From a virus (Duplodnaviria; Caudoviricetes), in IMG/VR virus record IMGVR_UViG_3300032373_001148, positions 1 through 57,158 of that record: DNA of 57,158 bases; one strand, written 5' to 3'. A program made the translations under genes and the position numbers. Within the stretch, counting starts at the first letter, position 1, and the number at the start of each line of letters is the position of its first letter. Below, one piece after another: positions 48,306-57,158 of the stretch. A model generated the notes under the pieces. It was not told the DNA's origin. It did not search any database and saw nothing but the letters and a program-made list of their open reading frames with translations.

Positions 48306-48643
48306 GGAGCCCAATCGTCTGCCTGTCGTCATGGATTACGCCCTTGTGCTTAATCAAACCCTAGAGGAGGCCATGACGGCCAAGCCTGTTTCGCATTCGC
48401 TCAACAGGTAACCAAAACAAGTTTTGGCTACGGGAAAGCCGCAGCACTGACCCGGTGGGGTACGGCCACGGGGCTGATTAAAGCGAAGGGTCGCGCTGCG
48501 GTGTTTCCGTCTCATACAAGGATTTTAACGATGGCAAGTTGCCCCAAATGTGGAAAGCCCAAGTTGCGCAAGCACAGATGTCCCCGGTGCGGACCTGTGG
48601 CGACCACCAGTACGGAAACGGCCACGACTGAAGGCGGTTCATC

Positions 48644-49069
48644 ATGAGCACCCAGCGCGAAATTGCAGAGCGTGAAGGCCGCACCCTCAACAACGATGCC
48701 ATTGGCTTTTACAAAATGAACCTCGCCAAAAATGCCCCCGACGTCGGTGCCGTGATCTACATCCCGTGCCCGATAGAGATGCATCCGGAATTCTGGAACT
48801 ACCTTGATCGACCCTGGCGGGTTTGCGCCCAGATCAATGGCCGAGAAGTTGAGGTGTGGCGCATTGGTATTTCTCTGTCGGTTCCGATCAGCCAAGCCGA
48901 GTACGAATTTCTCATTGCTGACCGTGCATGGGCCAAGGCCCACGAACCAGAGGCCCCAGAGGCCAACCCGTATCGTGCCGTCGCCAAGACCACCAAAAAG
49001 CAGGCTGTTGTGGCCAAGCCACCTCATGTCGACATTCGCACAATCCCAATCGAAAACTTCATGCCGTAG
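48644..49069 (+). CDS. Hypothetical protein
   Basis: ORF with RBS-like spacing, upstream of the coiled-coil gene. Confidence 0.6.
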   Translation: MSTQREIAEREGRTLNNDAIGFYKMNLAKNAPDVGAVIYIPCPIEMHPEFWNYLDRPWRVCAQINGREVEVWRIGISLSVPISQAEYEFLIADRAWAKAHEPEAPEANPYRAVAKTTKKQAVVAKPPHVDIRTIPIENFMP

Positions 49070-49079
49070 GAGAACCATC

Positions 49080-49808
49080 ATGGACGGACAATCCCCCACC
49101 ATCGGTCACAACCAGCCCGATGCCTTTGAATCCCTGAAAGACCGCGTTGATGCATTGCTTAAAGCCGGTGACGCATGGAGTGGCATCGAAGCTTTGACTG
49201 ATGAAGAGCAGGCCACTCGCGCCACCGACCTTGCGGATCGCGTCAAGGCGGAAATCAAGGCCATCGACACCGCTCGGTTGAATGCGACCAAACCGCTGCG
49301 TGATAAGACCAAAGAACTCAACGACAACTACAACGGTCTTGTCGGCGCCCTAGAAAAGGTCAAGGGCGTGATTTCCAAGCTTCAGACCAACTATCTGCGT
49401 GAGCAAGAGCGCAAGCACCGGGAAGAAATCAAGCGCCAGGAAGAAGAAGCCCTGCGCAAATTGCAGGAAGCCGAAGACTCCCGCCGCGCCGCCGAACAAT
49501 CGGCCAACGCCGTCACCGCGTCGATCGACGCCGAACAGGCCCAGAAAGACGCCGACGACGCCGTCAAGGCCGCCAACAAGCTCAGCAAGAGCACCGTTGG
49601 CACCAAGGGCAACTATGGTGCCCGCGCCACGGCGCTGCGCACGGTCTGGCACGCCGAAATCACCGACTACGACAAGGCATTTGATCACTTCCGCGATCAC
49701 CACCAGGTGCGCGACTTGATCCAGTCTTTGGCCGATCAAGCCGCACGTTCGGCGGAAAAGAAGCCGATCCCCGGCGTTGCCTTCAAGTCTGAACAGAAGG
49801 CTGCGTAA
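49080..49808 (+). CDS. Coiled-coil phage protein in the recombination module
   Basis: IGHNQP N-terminus, long coiled coil, IPGV C-terminus; AGGAG RBS. Confidence 0.65.
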   Translation: MDGQSPTIGHNQPDAFESLKDRVDALLKAGDAWSGIEALTDEEQATRATDLADRVKAEIKAIDTARLNATKPLRDKTKELNDNYNGLVGALEKVKGVISKLQTNYLREQERKHREEIKRQEEEALRKLQEAEDSRRAAEQSANAVTASIDAEQAQKDADDAVKAANKLSKSTVGTKGNYGARATALRTVWHAEITDYDKAFDHFRDHHQVRDLIQSLADQAARSAEKKPIPGVAFKSEQKAA

Positions 49809-49823
49809 GCCAAAGAGGCCGAT

Positions 49824-50045
49824 ATGGACGATATTGAACGAGTAGCAAGAGGCATGGCAGCAAAGAAGATGGGACTTATTAAAGACCATGACGGAATGCG
49901 CTTGCCTGACGATCTATGGCAACAAGCAATTCCAGCGGCCCAAGATTTTCTTGACCAGCTTGCGCATGAGATTGCCATGAACGAGCGCCGCCAACATGAA
50001 GAACGAGCAATGGCGGAACATTACGAAAAGCACCCGCACGGGTGA
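49824..50045 (+). CDS. Hypothetical protein
   Basis: GAGG RBS; IERVARGM. Confidence 0.5.
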   Translation: MDDIERVARGMAAKKMGLIKDHDGMRLPDDLWQQAIPAAQDFLDQLAHEIAMNERRQHEERAMAEHYEKHPHG

Positions 50046-50248
50046 ACTGAAACGCTCCTTCAAACCGCGATTCATCGCCCAAGCCGGGAGCCGAAAGGTG
50101 GCCCGGCTTAAGGGGTATCCACGGCGCAAGGCCATGGAGTTCTGCGGCAGTTGGGGAACCGACGCAAAAAGCCGCCCCCAGGCCCCGGCCCGTTTATCGG
50201 GTGGCGGGGCCGAAGGGGTAGATAACGCATTCAACGAAGGATAAGGCC

Positions 50249-51214
50249 ATGACACAGGAAAACGTCGCCAAGCTGCCAACCACACAACAACCACACAAGC
50301 GCAAGCTGTTGGAAAAGATTGCTGACAAGTACAGCGTGGACGCCGCCAAGCTCATGGGGACGTTGAAGGCGACGTGCTTTAGGTCCAAGGACCGCGCCGC
50401 GTCAGATGAAGAAATGATGGCGCTGTTGATCGTTGCCGACCAATACGGGCTCAACCCGTTCACCAAGGAAATCTTCGCCTTTCCTGACAAGCAAAACGGC
50501 ATTGTTCCGGTGGTCGGTGTGGATGGATGGAGCCGCATCATCAACGACCACAAATCCCTCGATGGTTTGGAATTTCGCTATTCAGAAACCATGACCACAC
50601 CAAAAGGTGGGCAAGAGTGCCCGACGTGGTGCGAAGTGGTCATTTATCGCAAAGATCGCACGCACCCCACCATCGTGCGCGAGTATCTTGACGAAGTTTA
50701 CCGCGAGCCATTTGTCTTTAAGGACGGCAATACAAAAGCCGGTCCCTGGCAGACCCACACCAAACGTTTTTTGCGTCACAAGGCATTGATCCAAGGCGCC
50801 CGCATCGCGTTTGGCTTTGCAGGCATCTATGACGAGGACGAAGCGGAGCGGATCATCGACATCACACCGCGATCTGAAGACGCCCCCCCCCGCCCCAAAC
50901 TCGAAGACTTCGAACAAAAGAAACCTGACCCGGTTGAAATGATCCCGCTTCTCGATGAGTTCGGCGAGCACGTCGGCGACTATTCGCCAGACGATTACGT
51001 CGCCGAGTCCGAGAAACGCATTCTTGAATTCGATATGGCCGCAAGGCTCGAAGCTTTCTGGGACTTCAACGTAGACGGCCGCGAAATTCTGGGCGTCCGC
51101 ACGGATGCCAGTGAAGCCGTAGCCAGCGCCTACAACATCAAGCGCCAAGACCTGGGCGCTGACGAGAGCTCCCCTGACGCCGAACCAGAAACCCCTGAAC
51201 AAGGATCTGAGTAA
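50249..51214 (+). CDS. bet: Bet (Red-beta/RecT family) annealing protein
   Basis: ALLIVADQYGLNPFTKEIFAFPDKQNGIVPVVGVDGWSRIIN...LRHKALIQGARIAFGFAGIYD. Confidence 0.93.
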   Translation: MTQENVAKLPTTQQPHKRKLLEKIADKYSVDAAKLMGTLKATCFRSKDRAASDEEMMALLIVADQYGLNPFTKEIFAFPDKQNGIVPVVGVDGWSRIINDHKSLDGLEFRYSETMTTPKGGQECPTWCEVVIYRKDRTHPTIVREYLDEVYREPFVFKDGNTKAGPWQTHTKRFLRHKALIQGARIAFGFAGIYDEDEAERIIDITPRSEDAPPRPKLEDFEQKKPDPVEMIPLLDEFGEHVGDYSPDDYVAESEKRILEFDMAARLEAFWDFNVDGREILGVRTDASEAVASAYNIKRQDLGADESSPDAEPETPEQGSE

Positions 51215-51648
51215 TGAACGCTATGACCAAAACCGTAGGGGCAAATGGCCCCCGCCCCGTCGACATGCACGTCGGCGCACGTCTTCGCACCCGCCGCACT
51301 TTGATGGGCATGAGCCAGGATAAGCTTGGCGCATACGTTGGCCTGACATTCCAGCAAATTCAGAAATACGAACGCGGCGCAAACCGCATCGGCGCCAGCC
51401 GTCTTTATCAGCTCAGCAATGTTCTTGATGTTTCGGTCAGCTATTTCTTCGAAGAAATGCCCGGTGACGTGCAAAAGACCAATGGCGGGTATGCCGACAG
51501 CAAAACAAGCCTTGCTGACCAGGGCGTTGACCCTATGGCAAAGCGCGAGACGCTGGAATTGGTGCGGGCCTACTACCGCATCGAAGACCCCAAAGTGCGC
51601 AAAGGCATCCAGGAACTGACCAAATCAATTTCACGGATTTCGGAGTAA
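51214..51648 (+). CDS. XRE-family HTH regulator
   Basis: VDMHVGARLR...GLTFQQIQKYERGANRI. Confidence 0.9.
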   Translation: MNAMTKTVGANGPRPVDMHVGARLRTRRTLMGMSQDKLGAYVGLTFQQIQKYERGANRIGASRLYQLSNVLDVSVSYFFEEMPGDVQKTNGGYADSKTSLADQGVDPMAKRETLELVRAYYRIEDPKVRKGIQELTKSISRISE

Positions 51649-51655
51649 TCCAGAC

Positions 51656-52021
51656 ATGACACCGAAGCAAAGACAGTGCCTGGATTTCATCGCGTGCTTC
51701 ATCGAAGGGCACCGGTACGCACCGACCATTCAGGAAATTTCCGTACACATGGAAATGAAGAGCCGGTCTAGCGTCATCAGCCTTCTCAACGCGCTTTCTG
51801 ATGGTGGTCACATCACACGCGAGCCATTCCGCGCGCGCAGTATTGAAATCACGCCACCCGCATCATGGGAACAGGTTGGTAAGGCCGCAGAACGTCTCGT
51901 CGCCTCCATAATCCGTGAGAAAACGGATGATCATGGAAATGGCATCATTGTTGTCGACGCCGCCGCATTCGGTGAATTGGACGTGGCCATCAAGGAACGG
52001 GAGGCAGGGCAGCATGGTTGA
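51656..52021 (+). CDS. LexA-type DNA-binding domain protein
   Basis: MTPKQRQCLDFI...APTIQEI...RARSIEI; no peptidase domain. Confidence 0.8.
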   Translation: MTPKQRQCLDFIACFIEGHRYAPTIQEISVHMEMKSRSSVISLLNALSDGGHITREPFRARSIEITPPASWEQVGKAAERLVASIIREKTDDHGNGIIVVDAAAFGELDVAIKEREAGQHG

Positions 52022-52208
52022 TGATGTGGATCGTGCCCAAACCTTCGAACAGACCCTGCGAGAGAGCGCCATCAAGGCTCACCGCCACAACCACGGCATG
52101 GGCCGGGAAGACTGCGTCGACTGCGGCCAACAGATACCTGAAGCCCGTCGCCTCGCAGTGCCGCACGCAACCCGCTGCGCCGACTGTCAATCCGACCTGG
52201 AAGGCTGA
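52014..52208 (+). CDS. TraR/DksA C4 zinc-finger protein
   Basis: DDVDRA; CVDCGQQIPEARRLAVPHATRCADCQ. Confidence 0.88.
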   Translation: MVDDVDRAQTFEQTLRESAIKAHRHNHGMGREDCVDCGQQIPEARRLAVPHATRCADCQSDLEG

Positions 52209-52324
52209 TAACCACATGACGATGACACCACAAGCACAGACCACGACCCCCCATTACCTTCCCCATGAGGGCGGAGCACCACGAGCAACCCCGCACGCAT
52301 GGGGCCTCACGATAGGAGGCTACG

Positions 52325-52912
52325 ATGCTTATGGGATATGCACGGGTCAGCACGGACGATCAACGCCTAGACCTACAACGAGACGCCTTGGCGCAAGCGG
52401 GCGTGGCGAACGACAACGTTTATCAGGAACAAGTCAGCGGCGTTGCGACCAAGCGCCCGGAACTGGAACACCTAAAACGCGCCCTGCGTTCAGGCGACAC
52501 GCTGGTGGTGTGGAAGCTGGACCGCTTGGGCCGGTCGGTCAAAGAACTCATAACCCTAACCGACTGGCTGCGCGACCACGATATCGAACTGATCAGCCTG
52601 AAAGACAACATCGACACCACCACAGCAGTGGGTCGCATGGTCTTTCACATGCTGGCAGCCTTCGCGCAGTTCGAACGCGACATCATATCGGAACGGACCA
52701 AAGCCGGTCTGAAAGCAGCCCGCGCACGGGGGCACAGGGGCGGACGCAAGCCCATCATCACACCGATGATGCTCAGGGCCATAGAAGCCTTCATGAACGA
52801 CCCCACAGTCACCATGACGGATTGCGCGGCGCAATTTCACGTATCACGCGCCGCGATCTACCGCGCACGGCAACGGGTGGCACAGAACAAGGCGGGCACG
52901 GTTGCCGCATAA
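52325..52912 (+). CDS. Serine recombinase (resolvase/invertase)
   Basis: GYARVSTDDQ, GDTLVVWKLDRLGRS, C-terminal HTH; AGGAGG RBS. Confidence 0.93.
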   Translation: MLMGYARVSTDDQRLDLQRDALAQAGVANDNVYQEQVSGVATKRPELEHLKRALRSGDTLVVWKLDRLGRSVKELITLTDWLRDHDIELISLKDNIDTTTAVGRMVFHMLAAFAQFERDIISERTKAGLKAARARGHRGGRKPIITPMMLRAIEAFMNDPTVTMTDCAAQFHVSRAAIYRARQRVAQNKAGTVAA

Positions 52913-52921
52913 CCTCCGTCC

Positions 52922-53125
52922 ATGGCACGGGAGATATGCCCAATGAATGAACATGATCTGGAAATGTATCGCGGCTTCATTGCAGGTCGTGACAAAGAAA
53001 TAAACCTGCTTCGTCAGGCCGTGGTTCGATATTGCGACCCTATCCGCATGGCAACAGTCGAACCGATGGAATTGCAACAAGCCATAGATCGTGCCTTTGA
53101 AACGTCAGTGGAGCGAGACACATGA
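52922..53125 (+). CDS. Hypothetical protein
   Basis: Coupled small ORF; start uncertain. Confidence 0.45.
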   Translation: MAREICPMNEHDLEMYRGFIAGRDKEINLLRQAVVRYCDPIRMATVEPMELQQAIDRAFETSVERDT

Positions 53126-53286
53126 GCAACCAAATCAAAGCCACGCTGCAAGAGGCCGATTTTTACCCCGAAGGCATGGACGCGGAACTTGACTACTACA
53201 CCGCGACTTTTCGCGTCCCTAAAGACACGACGCTTTTTTCGGGCGAATACACCATCACTTTTCCGTCCGATACGGGAGAGAGCTAA
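53122..53286 (+). CDS. 54-aa hypothetical protein (absent from the ORF track)
   Basis: ATGA and TAATG coupling to its neighbours. Confidence 0.5.
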   Translation: MSNQIKATLQEADFYPEGMDAELDYYTATFRVPKDTTLFSGEYTITFPSDTGES

Positions 53287-53525
53287 TGGACTTCGCAGCC
53301 CAGGCCATCACGAACGCCCAAAACCTCGCGGCGAAATACAAAAATGAACTGGAACAGGAGCGCCAGGAAAATTGGTACCTGACGCAGACGCTTAAATTCT
53401 ACGCCGATGCGGATGCGTGGAAACCGCGGGGTCATTCACAAATGGATAGCGACACGATCCCCGCGCATCGCGACAAGGGCGAAAGAGCGCGTTCGGTTCT
53501 GTCCGTGGAGAGTGACACAAAATGA
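53286..53525 (+). CDS. Hypothetical protein
   Basis: LKFYAD...DKGERAR; coupled. Confidence 0.55.
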   Translation: MDFAAQAITNAQNLAAKYKNELEQERQENWYLTQTLKFYADADAWKPRGHSQMDSDTIPAHRDKGERARSVLSVESDTK

Positions 53526-54436
53526 CCAATGCGGCCGCCATGCAAAAACCACAGCGCCCCGTGCTTCGTTGGCACGGCGGAAAGTGGTTGCTTGCGCCAT
53601 GGATCATCGAACACCTACCCCAGCACCGCGTCTATGTGGAGCCATTTGGGGGAGCTGCGTCGGTGTTGCTTCGCAAGGAAAGGTCCTACGCCGAAGTCTA
53701 CAATGACCTCGACGACGAAGTGGTGAACCTGTTTAACGTTTTGCGATCTGACAAAGCGGAAGACCTGGTGGAGGCGCTACGCCTTACAGCATTTGCCCGC
53801 ATCGAATTTAAAGATGCATACGAAGACACCACAGATCCGGTGGAAAATGCTCGCCGCCTTATCACCCGCGCATTTCAGGGTTTTGGCTCAAACGCCCATA
53901 ACAAGCGATGGCAGACGGGCTTCCGGGCCAACTCCAATAGATCCGGCACCACGCCCGCACGGGATTGGCGGAACTACCCCGACCAACTGGCGTTCACGAT
54001 TGACCGCTTGCGCGGTGTAACCGTTGAACACCGGGACGCGATGGAAGTGATGCAAGCACATGACGGGGCCGAAACCCTGCATTACGTGGACCCACCCTAC
54101 ATGCCGGAAACCCGCGACAAGGGGCACGACTACAACCATGAACTGACCAAACAGGACCACGCTGACCTGTTGGAATTTCTCAAAACGCTTAAGGGGATGG
54201 TGGTGCTTTCCGGCTATCCGCATTCCGAATATGACGACGCCCTTGAAGGGTGGGAGCGCATCGAACGCAAGGCACTGGCAGACGGAGCCCGCGCCCGCAC
54301 CGAAGTGCTTTGGATTAACCCCGCCGCATGGGCCGCGTTGAATAAACCGCGCCAGGCGGGACTATTTGAAACGTCCCAAGTCGAACAGTCTGGGCCTGGG
54401 AATTCCCCAGGTCCAGAACACGACAAAAACGGCTGA
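53522..54436 (+). CDS. DNA adenine methyltransferase (Dam/D12-like)
   Basis: LRWHGGK, YVEPFGGAASV, YVDPPY. Confidence 0.92.
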   Translation: MTNAAAMQKPQRPVLRWHGGKWLLAPWIIEHLPQHRVYVEPFGGAASVLLRKERSYAEVYNDLDDEVVNLFNVLRSDKAEDLVEALRLTAFARIEFKDAYEDTTDPVENARRLITRAFQGFGSNAHNKRWQTGFRANSNRSGTTPARDWRNYPDQLAFTIDRLRGVTVEHRDAMEVMQAHDGAETLHYVDPPYMPETRDKGHDYNHELTKQDHADLLEFLKTLKGMVVLSGYPHSEYDDALEGWERIERKALADGARARTEVLWINPAAWAALNKPRQAGLFETSQVEQSGPGNSPGPEHDKNG

Positions 54437-54498
54437 TTTTCAACATGCCCGATTGACGCCGCACAAAGGTGTTTCGGGTGAGGTATGGGATTACGAAA

Positions 54499-55041
54499 AT
54501 GAACATGGACACAAATTCAAACGCTGTGATGTCGGATTGCGGAAAGTACCGCTACCGCCTATCGCGTAAATGGAGCAACGCCAAGCCGTGCCTGTTTATC
54601 ATGCTGAACCCTTCCAAAGCCGATGCAGTTGAGGACGACCCCACCATTCGGCGGTGCATTAACTTTGCAAAGTCTTGGGGCTGTGGCGAATTGATTGTGG
54701 TCAACTTGTTTTCGGTTCGCGCAACAGACCCGCAAGACATGATGAAAGCCGATGACCCTGTAGGCCCTGAAAACATGCGTTATGTCAAAGAGGCGGCGGA
54801 TTATGTTGAACGGGGACATCCGTGCCAGCCGAACATGAAAGGGATTGTTGTGTGCGCCTGGGGTGCGCACGGAACATACATGAACCAAGCCGAAACCGTT
54901 TTAGGCTGGCTGGATGATGCCGCCGTGACACCGATGGCTTTGCTTCTAACCAAGAACGACCAGCCCCGCCACCCGTTGTATTTGAAATCTAGCCTTGAGC
55001 CAGCGCCGCTTTACAGCTTCGGCGCTCTGCGCGAGGCGTAA
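54499..55041 (+). CDS. DUF1643 family protein
   Basis: YRYRLSR, MLNPSKAD..DDPTIRRC, AWG, HPLY. Confidence 0.85.
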   Translation: MNMDTNSNAVMSDCGKYRYRLSRKWSNAKPCLFIMLNPSKADAVEDDPTIRRCINFAKSWGCGELIVVNLFSVRATDPQDMMKADDPVGPENMRYVKEAADYVERGHPCQPNMKGIVVCAWGAHGTYMNQAETVLGWLDDAAVTPMALLLTKNDQPRHPLYLKSSLEPAPLYSFGALREA

Positions 55042-55056
55042 CTTTACGAGGCCGAT

Positions 55057-55245
55057 ATGGACCACAAAGAACAGATCGCAGAAAAGGCACTTGAGCACGA
55101 AGACGGCTATTACCTTTTGTCTCATTCGTCCGTATGGGACAAGGACGCCACGTTCAAATGCTGTGAAGAACTTGTCACCGTCGGTCGCGCAGAGTGGCTT
55201 CCATCATTCAACAACAAAGCACCCGGCATTCGGGTCTTTCGATAA
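55057..55245 (+). CDS. Hypothetical protein
   Basis: GAGG RBS. Confidence 0.45.
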   Translation: MDHKEQIAEKALEHEDGYYLLSHSSVWDKDATFKCCEELVTVGRAEWLPSFNNKAPGIRVFR

Positions 55246-55258
55246 CGGAGGCAGAACG

Positions 55259-55420
55259 ATGGATGTACGCAAGGAAACCGGAACTCGGATTGAACTTGAT
55301 AGCGAAGAGGTTGAGCGCGCCGTCATGTATTACATCGAGCGCCAGGGGGTGAAGCTCCCGCAATCCGCTAGATACTATTTTAACCACGATGGTGGCGTTG
55401 CCGTCTGCCACGACGAATGA
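55259..55420 (+). CDS. Hypothetical protein
   Basis: GGAGG RBS. Confidence 0.45.
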   Translation: MDVRKETGTRIELDSEEVERAVMYYIERQGVKLPQSARYYFNHDGGVAVCHDE

Positions 55421-55454
55421 ACTGAATCGAGGCCCCATAGGTAGGGAAAAAGTC

Positions 55455-55772
55455 ATGAATTACACCGTAAAAACAGCCGCTGAGCGCCTCGGGTTCAGTT
55501 CTGACACAATCTATAACATGCTCAATCGCGGTCAACTTGGTTGCATCCGTAGGCCAAACTGCGCTATTCGGATAAAGGAAGAACATATTCTCGCGTATGA
55601 GGCGCAATTTGAATGCCCCGCCCACAACGGTCAAAGCCAGAATACCAACTCACCCGAATTGATGGGCGACGGAACTGGTACGTCCGCTACAGCGAACCGG
55701 GCAGCCGCCGCAGCCAAGTTAAAAGCACAGGTGTCCCACTTGCAGATCGTGTCGCAGCGGAGGAATGGGTAG
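55455..55772 (+). CDS. xis: Excisionase-like HTH protein
   Basis: YTVKTAAERLGFSSDTIYNMLNRGQL; directly upstream of the integrase. Confidence 0.75.
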   Translation: MNYTVKTAAERLGFSSDTIYNMLNRGQLGCIRRPNCAIRIKEEHILAYEAQFECPAHNGQSQNTNSPELMGDGTGTSATANRAAAAAKLKAQVSHLQIVSQRRNG

Positions 55773-56689
55773 CAGCCTTAAAGGCCGCCGATGAAGCCAT
55801 TCCTGAAGGCGCCACCATTGCGGAGATCGTTGACCGTTACCTAGAAGACAAAAAAGGTGTTCGCACCATTGTTAAGATGAAGTCTTTTGCCAAGCCGCTA
55901 AAGGCTTACATGGGGGATCGAACCCCAGACCAAATCACAAAATCCCTACTGGCCGGATACCTACCCCACCGCAAAAAGATGGTTCCTGCGGTACGCCAGG
56001 AGCTTGGGCTTCTTATTCAGGCCCTAAATCATGCTGACCGCCAGCCAGGGGAAAAGATCACCCTTCCTGCCGCCAAACCTCCAAGAGAGCACTTTGCCAC
56101 GCGTGAGCAAGCCCAGGCGCTTCTCCAGGCAGCAACGGAACACACCCGCCTCTATCTGCTTATCGCCATGGCCACAGGGGCTAGGATGGGCGCTATATTG
56201 GATTTAACATGGGATCGGGTCGATGAAGACCGGGGTATCCTCGATTTTAACAACCCGGACATTCAAGTTTCAAAGAAGCGCCGCGCCGTCACGCCCATAT
56301 CCAAAGAGCTGGTAGCAGCCCTTCGTGATCAACGTGAACGCAAGGTTGCGGATACCGTTGTTGAATATGGTGGGAAGCCGGTGGCCAATATCACAAAATC
56401 ATTTGGCCAGGCGGTGAAGAACGCCAAGCTGCCAAAATGGCTCACGCCACACGTTTTGAAGCATAGCGTGATCTCTTGGCTGGCCGAAGATGGCTGGACA
56501 GTAGACCAGATTTCAGACTTTACGTGCACACACCCGAACACGGTGCGCCGGGTCTATCGCAAAGTAAATCCTGAAACCTTGAGGGGGATGGCTGATTCCC
56601 TGTCATTTGGCTCATTAGTGCCAACGGTGTCGGCACTAACTAAAAACAAGAAAAAGCCTAAAACCCGCAGAAACCTTGGTGGGCGGTGA
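55613..56689 (+). CDS. int: Tyrosine integrase
   Basis: TGARMGAILDLTW, TPHVLKHS, H...VRRVY; ends within the att core. Confidence 0.93.
   Translation: MPRPQRSKPEYQLTRIDGRRNWYVRYSEPGSRRSQVKSTGVPLADRVAAEEWVAALKAADEAIPEGATIAEIVDRYLEDKKGVRTIVKMKSFAKPLKAYMGDRTPDQITKSLLAGYLPHRKKMVPAVRQELGLLIQALNHADRQPGEKITLPAAKPPREHFATREQAQALLQAATEHTRLYLLIAMATGARMGAILDLTWDRVDEDRGILDFNNPDIQVSKKRRAVTPISKELVAALRDQRERKVADTVVEYGGKPVANITKSFGQAVKNAKLPKWLTPHVLKHSVISWLAEDGWTVDQISDFTCTHPNTVRRVYRKVNPETLRGMADSLSFGSLVPTVSALTKNKKKPKTRRNLGGR
56614..56636. promoter_or_regulatory. Putative integrase arm-type site (right arm)
   Basis: Inverted copy of 1014..1036. Confidence 0.6.
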
Positions 56690-56724
56690 CGGGTTCGAAC
56701 CGCCGACCCTCTCGGTGTAAACGA
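56677..56724 (-). repeat. Right att site (48 bp)
   Basis: Identical to 873..920. Confidence 0.97.
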
Positions 56725-56752
56725 GATGCTCTACCAGCTGAGCTAACCGCCC
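56677..56752 (-). tRNA. tRNA-Val (TAC)
   Basis: GGGCGGTTAGCTCAGCTGGTAGAGCATCTCGTTTACACCGAGAGGGTCGGCGGTTCGAACCCGTCACCGCCCACCA; 76-nt cloverleaf with CCA. Confidence 0.97.
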
Positions 56753-56885
56753 TTAAATCGTCAAAGCGTGGCGACACTACTGCCAGCCTTGCCGGAACTC
56801 AAGACCAAATAGGCCTTAAACACCAAAAATGCGAAACGGCCACCTCCCTTTGAGGAGATGGCCGAAAATCGCAAAAAACGATGTC

Positions 56886-57158
56886 TTAGTTGACAGCGTC
56901 TTTAAGAGCTTTACCAGCCTTGAATTTCGGCTGATTGGAAGCCGGAATCTGGATGGATTCGCCGGTGCGTGGGTTACGACCGGTGGAAGCTGCGCGAGCA
57001 GCAACACTGAAGGTGCCGAAGCCCACGAGACGGACTTCGTTACCGGATTTGAGAGAACCCGTGATGGCGTCGAGAACACCGTCCACAGCTTTCGTGGCGT
57101 CCGCTTTGGACAATTCGGTGCTGGTCGCTACAGCGGCAATCAGATCATTCTTGTTCAA
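56886..57158 (-). CDS. hupB: Host DNA-binding protein HU
   Basis: NKNDLI...VRLVGFGTF...GRNPRTGE...PKFKAGKALKDAVN; start at the window edge. Confidence 0.95.
   Translation of the reverse strand: MNKNDLIAAVATSTELSKADATKAVDGVLDAITGSLKSGNEVRLVGFGTFSVAARAASTGRNPRTGESIQIPASNQPKFKAGKALKDAVN

Larger units (their letters stand above)
873..56724. mobile_element. Complete temperate prophage (podovirus-like) integrated at tRNA-Val
   Basis: att direct repeats, tyrosine integrase, cI/cro, replication, terminase, portal, capsid, short-tail, ejection and lysis genes; no tape measure or sheath gene seen. Confidence 0.96.

Noticed and set aside
52018-52950. 310-aa alternative-frame ORF over the resolvase
   Set aside because: Arg/Thr/His-rich with no motifs; explained by codon bias of the real gene.

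Overview
An apparently complete ~55.8 kb temperate podovirus-like prophage (873..56724) integrated into the 3' half of a tRNA-Val(TAC) gene, bounded by a perfect 48-bp att duplication. Host flanks are a histidine kinase gene (left) and tRNA-Val plus HU (right); an alphaproteobacterial host is inferred from GcrA and HU. Modules, right to left: integrase/excisionase, early-left operon (Bet, TraR/DksA, serine recombinase, Dam-like MTase), cI/cro switch with TTGC-N7-GCAA operators, replication operon (RusA, NinB, MT-A70, DnaB, DUF1376, GcrA), a terminase large subunit split into two ORFs, portal/capsid/short tail, ejection proteins including a 2991-aa polyvalent protein, and lysis genes. The most striking element is a cassette beside the lysis genes (2242..4091): a lone Cas7/RAMP-like gene and a partner gene followed by a hairpin-bounded non-coding tract of phased 5-nt GGY-NN units. 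This suggests a non-CRISPR RNA-guided system with a gapped dinucleotide code (VIPR-like). All family assignments come from motif recognition, not database searches.
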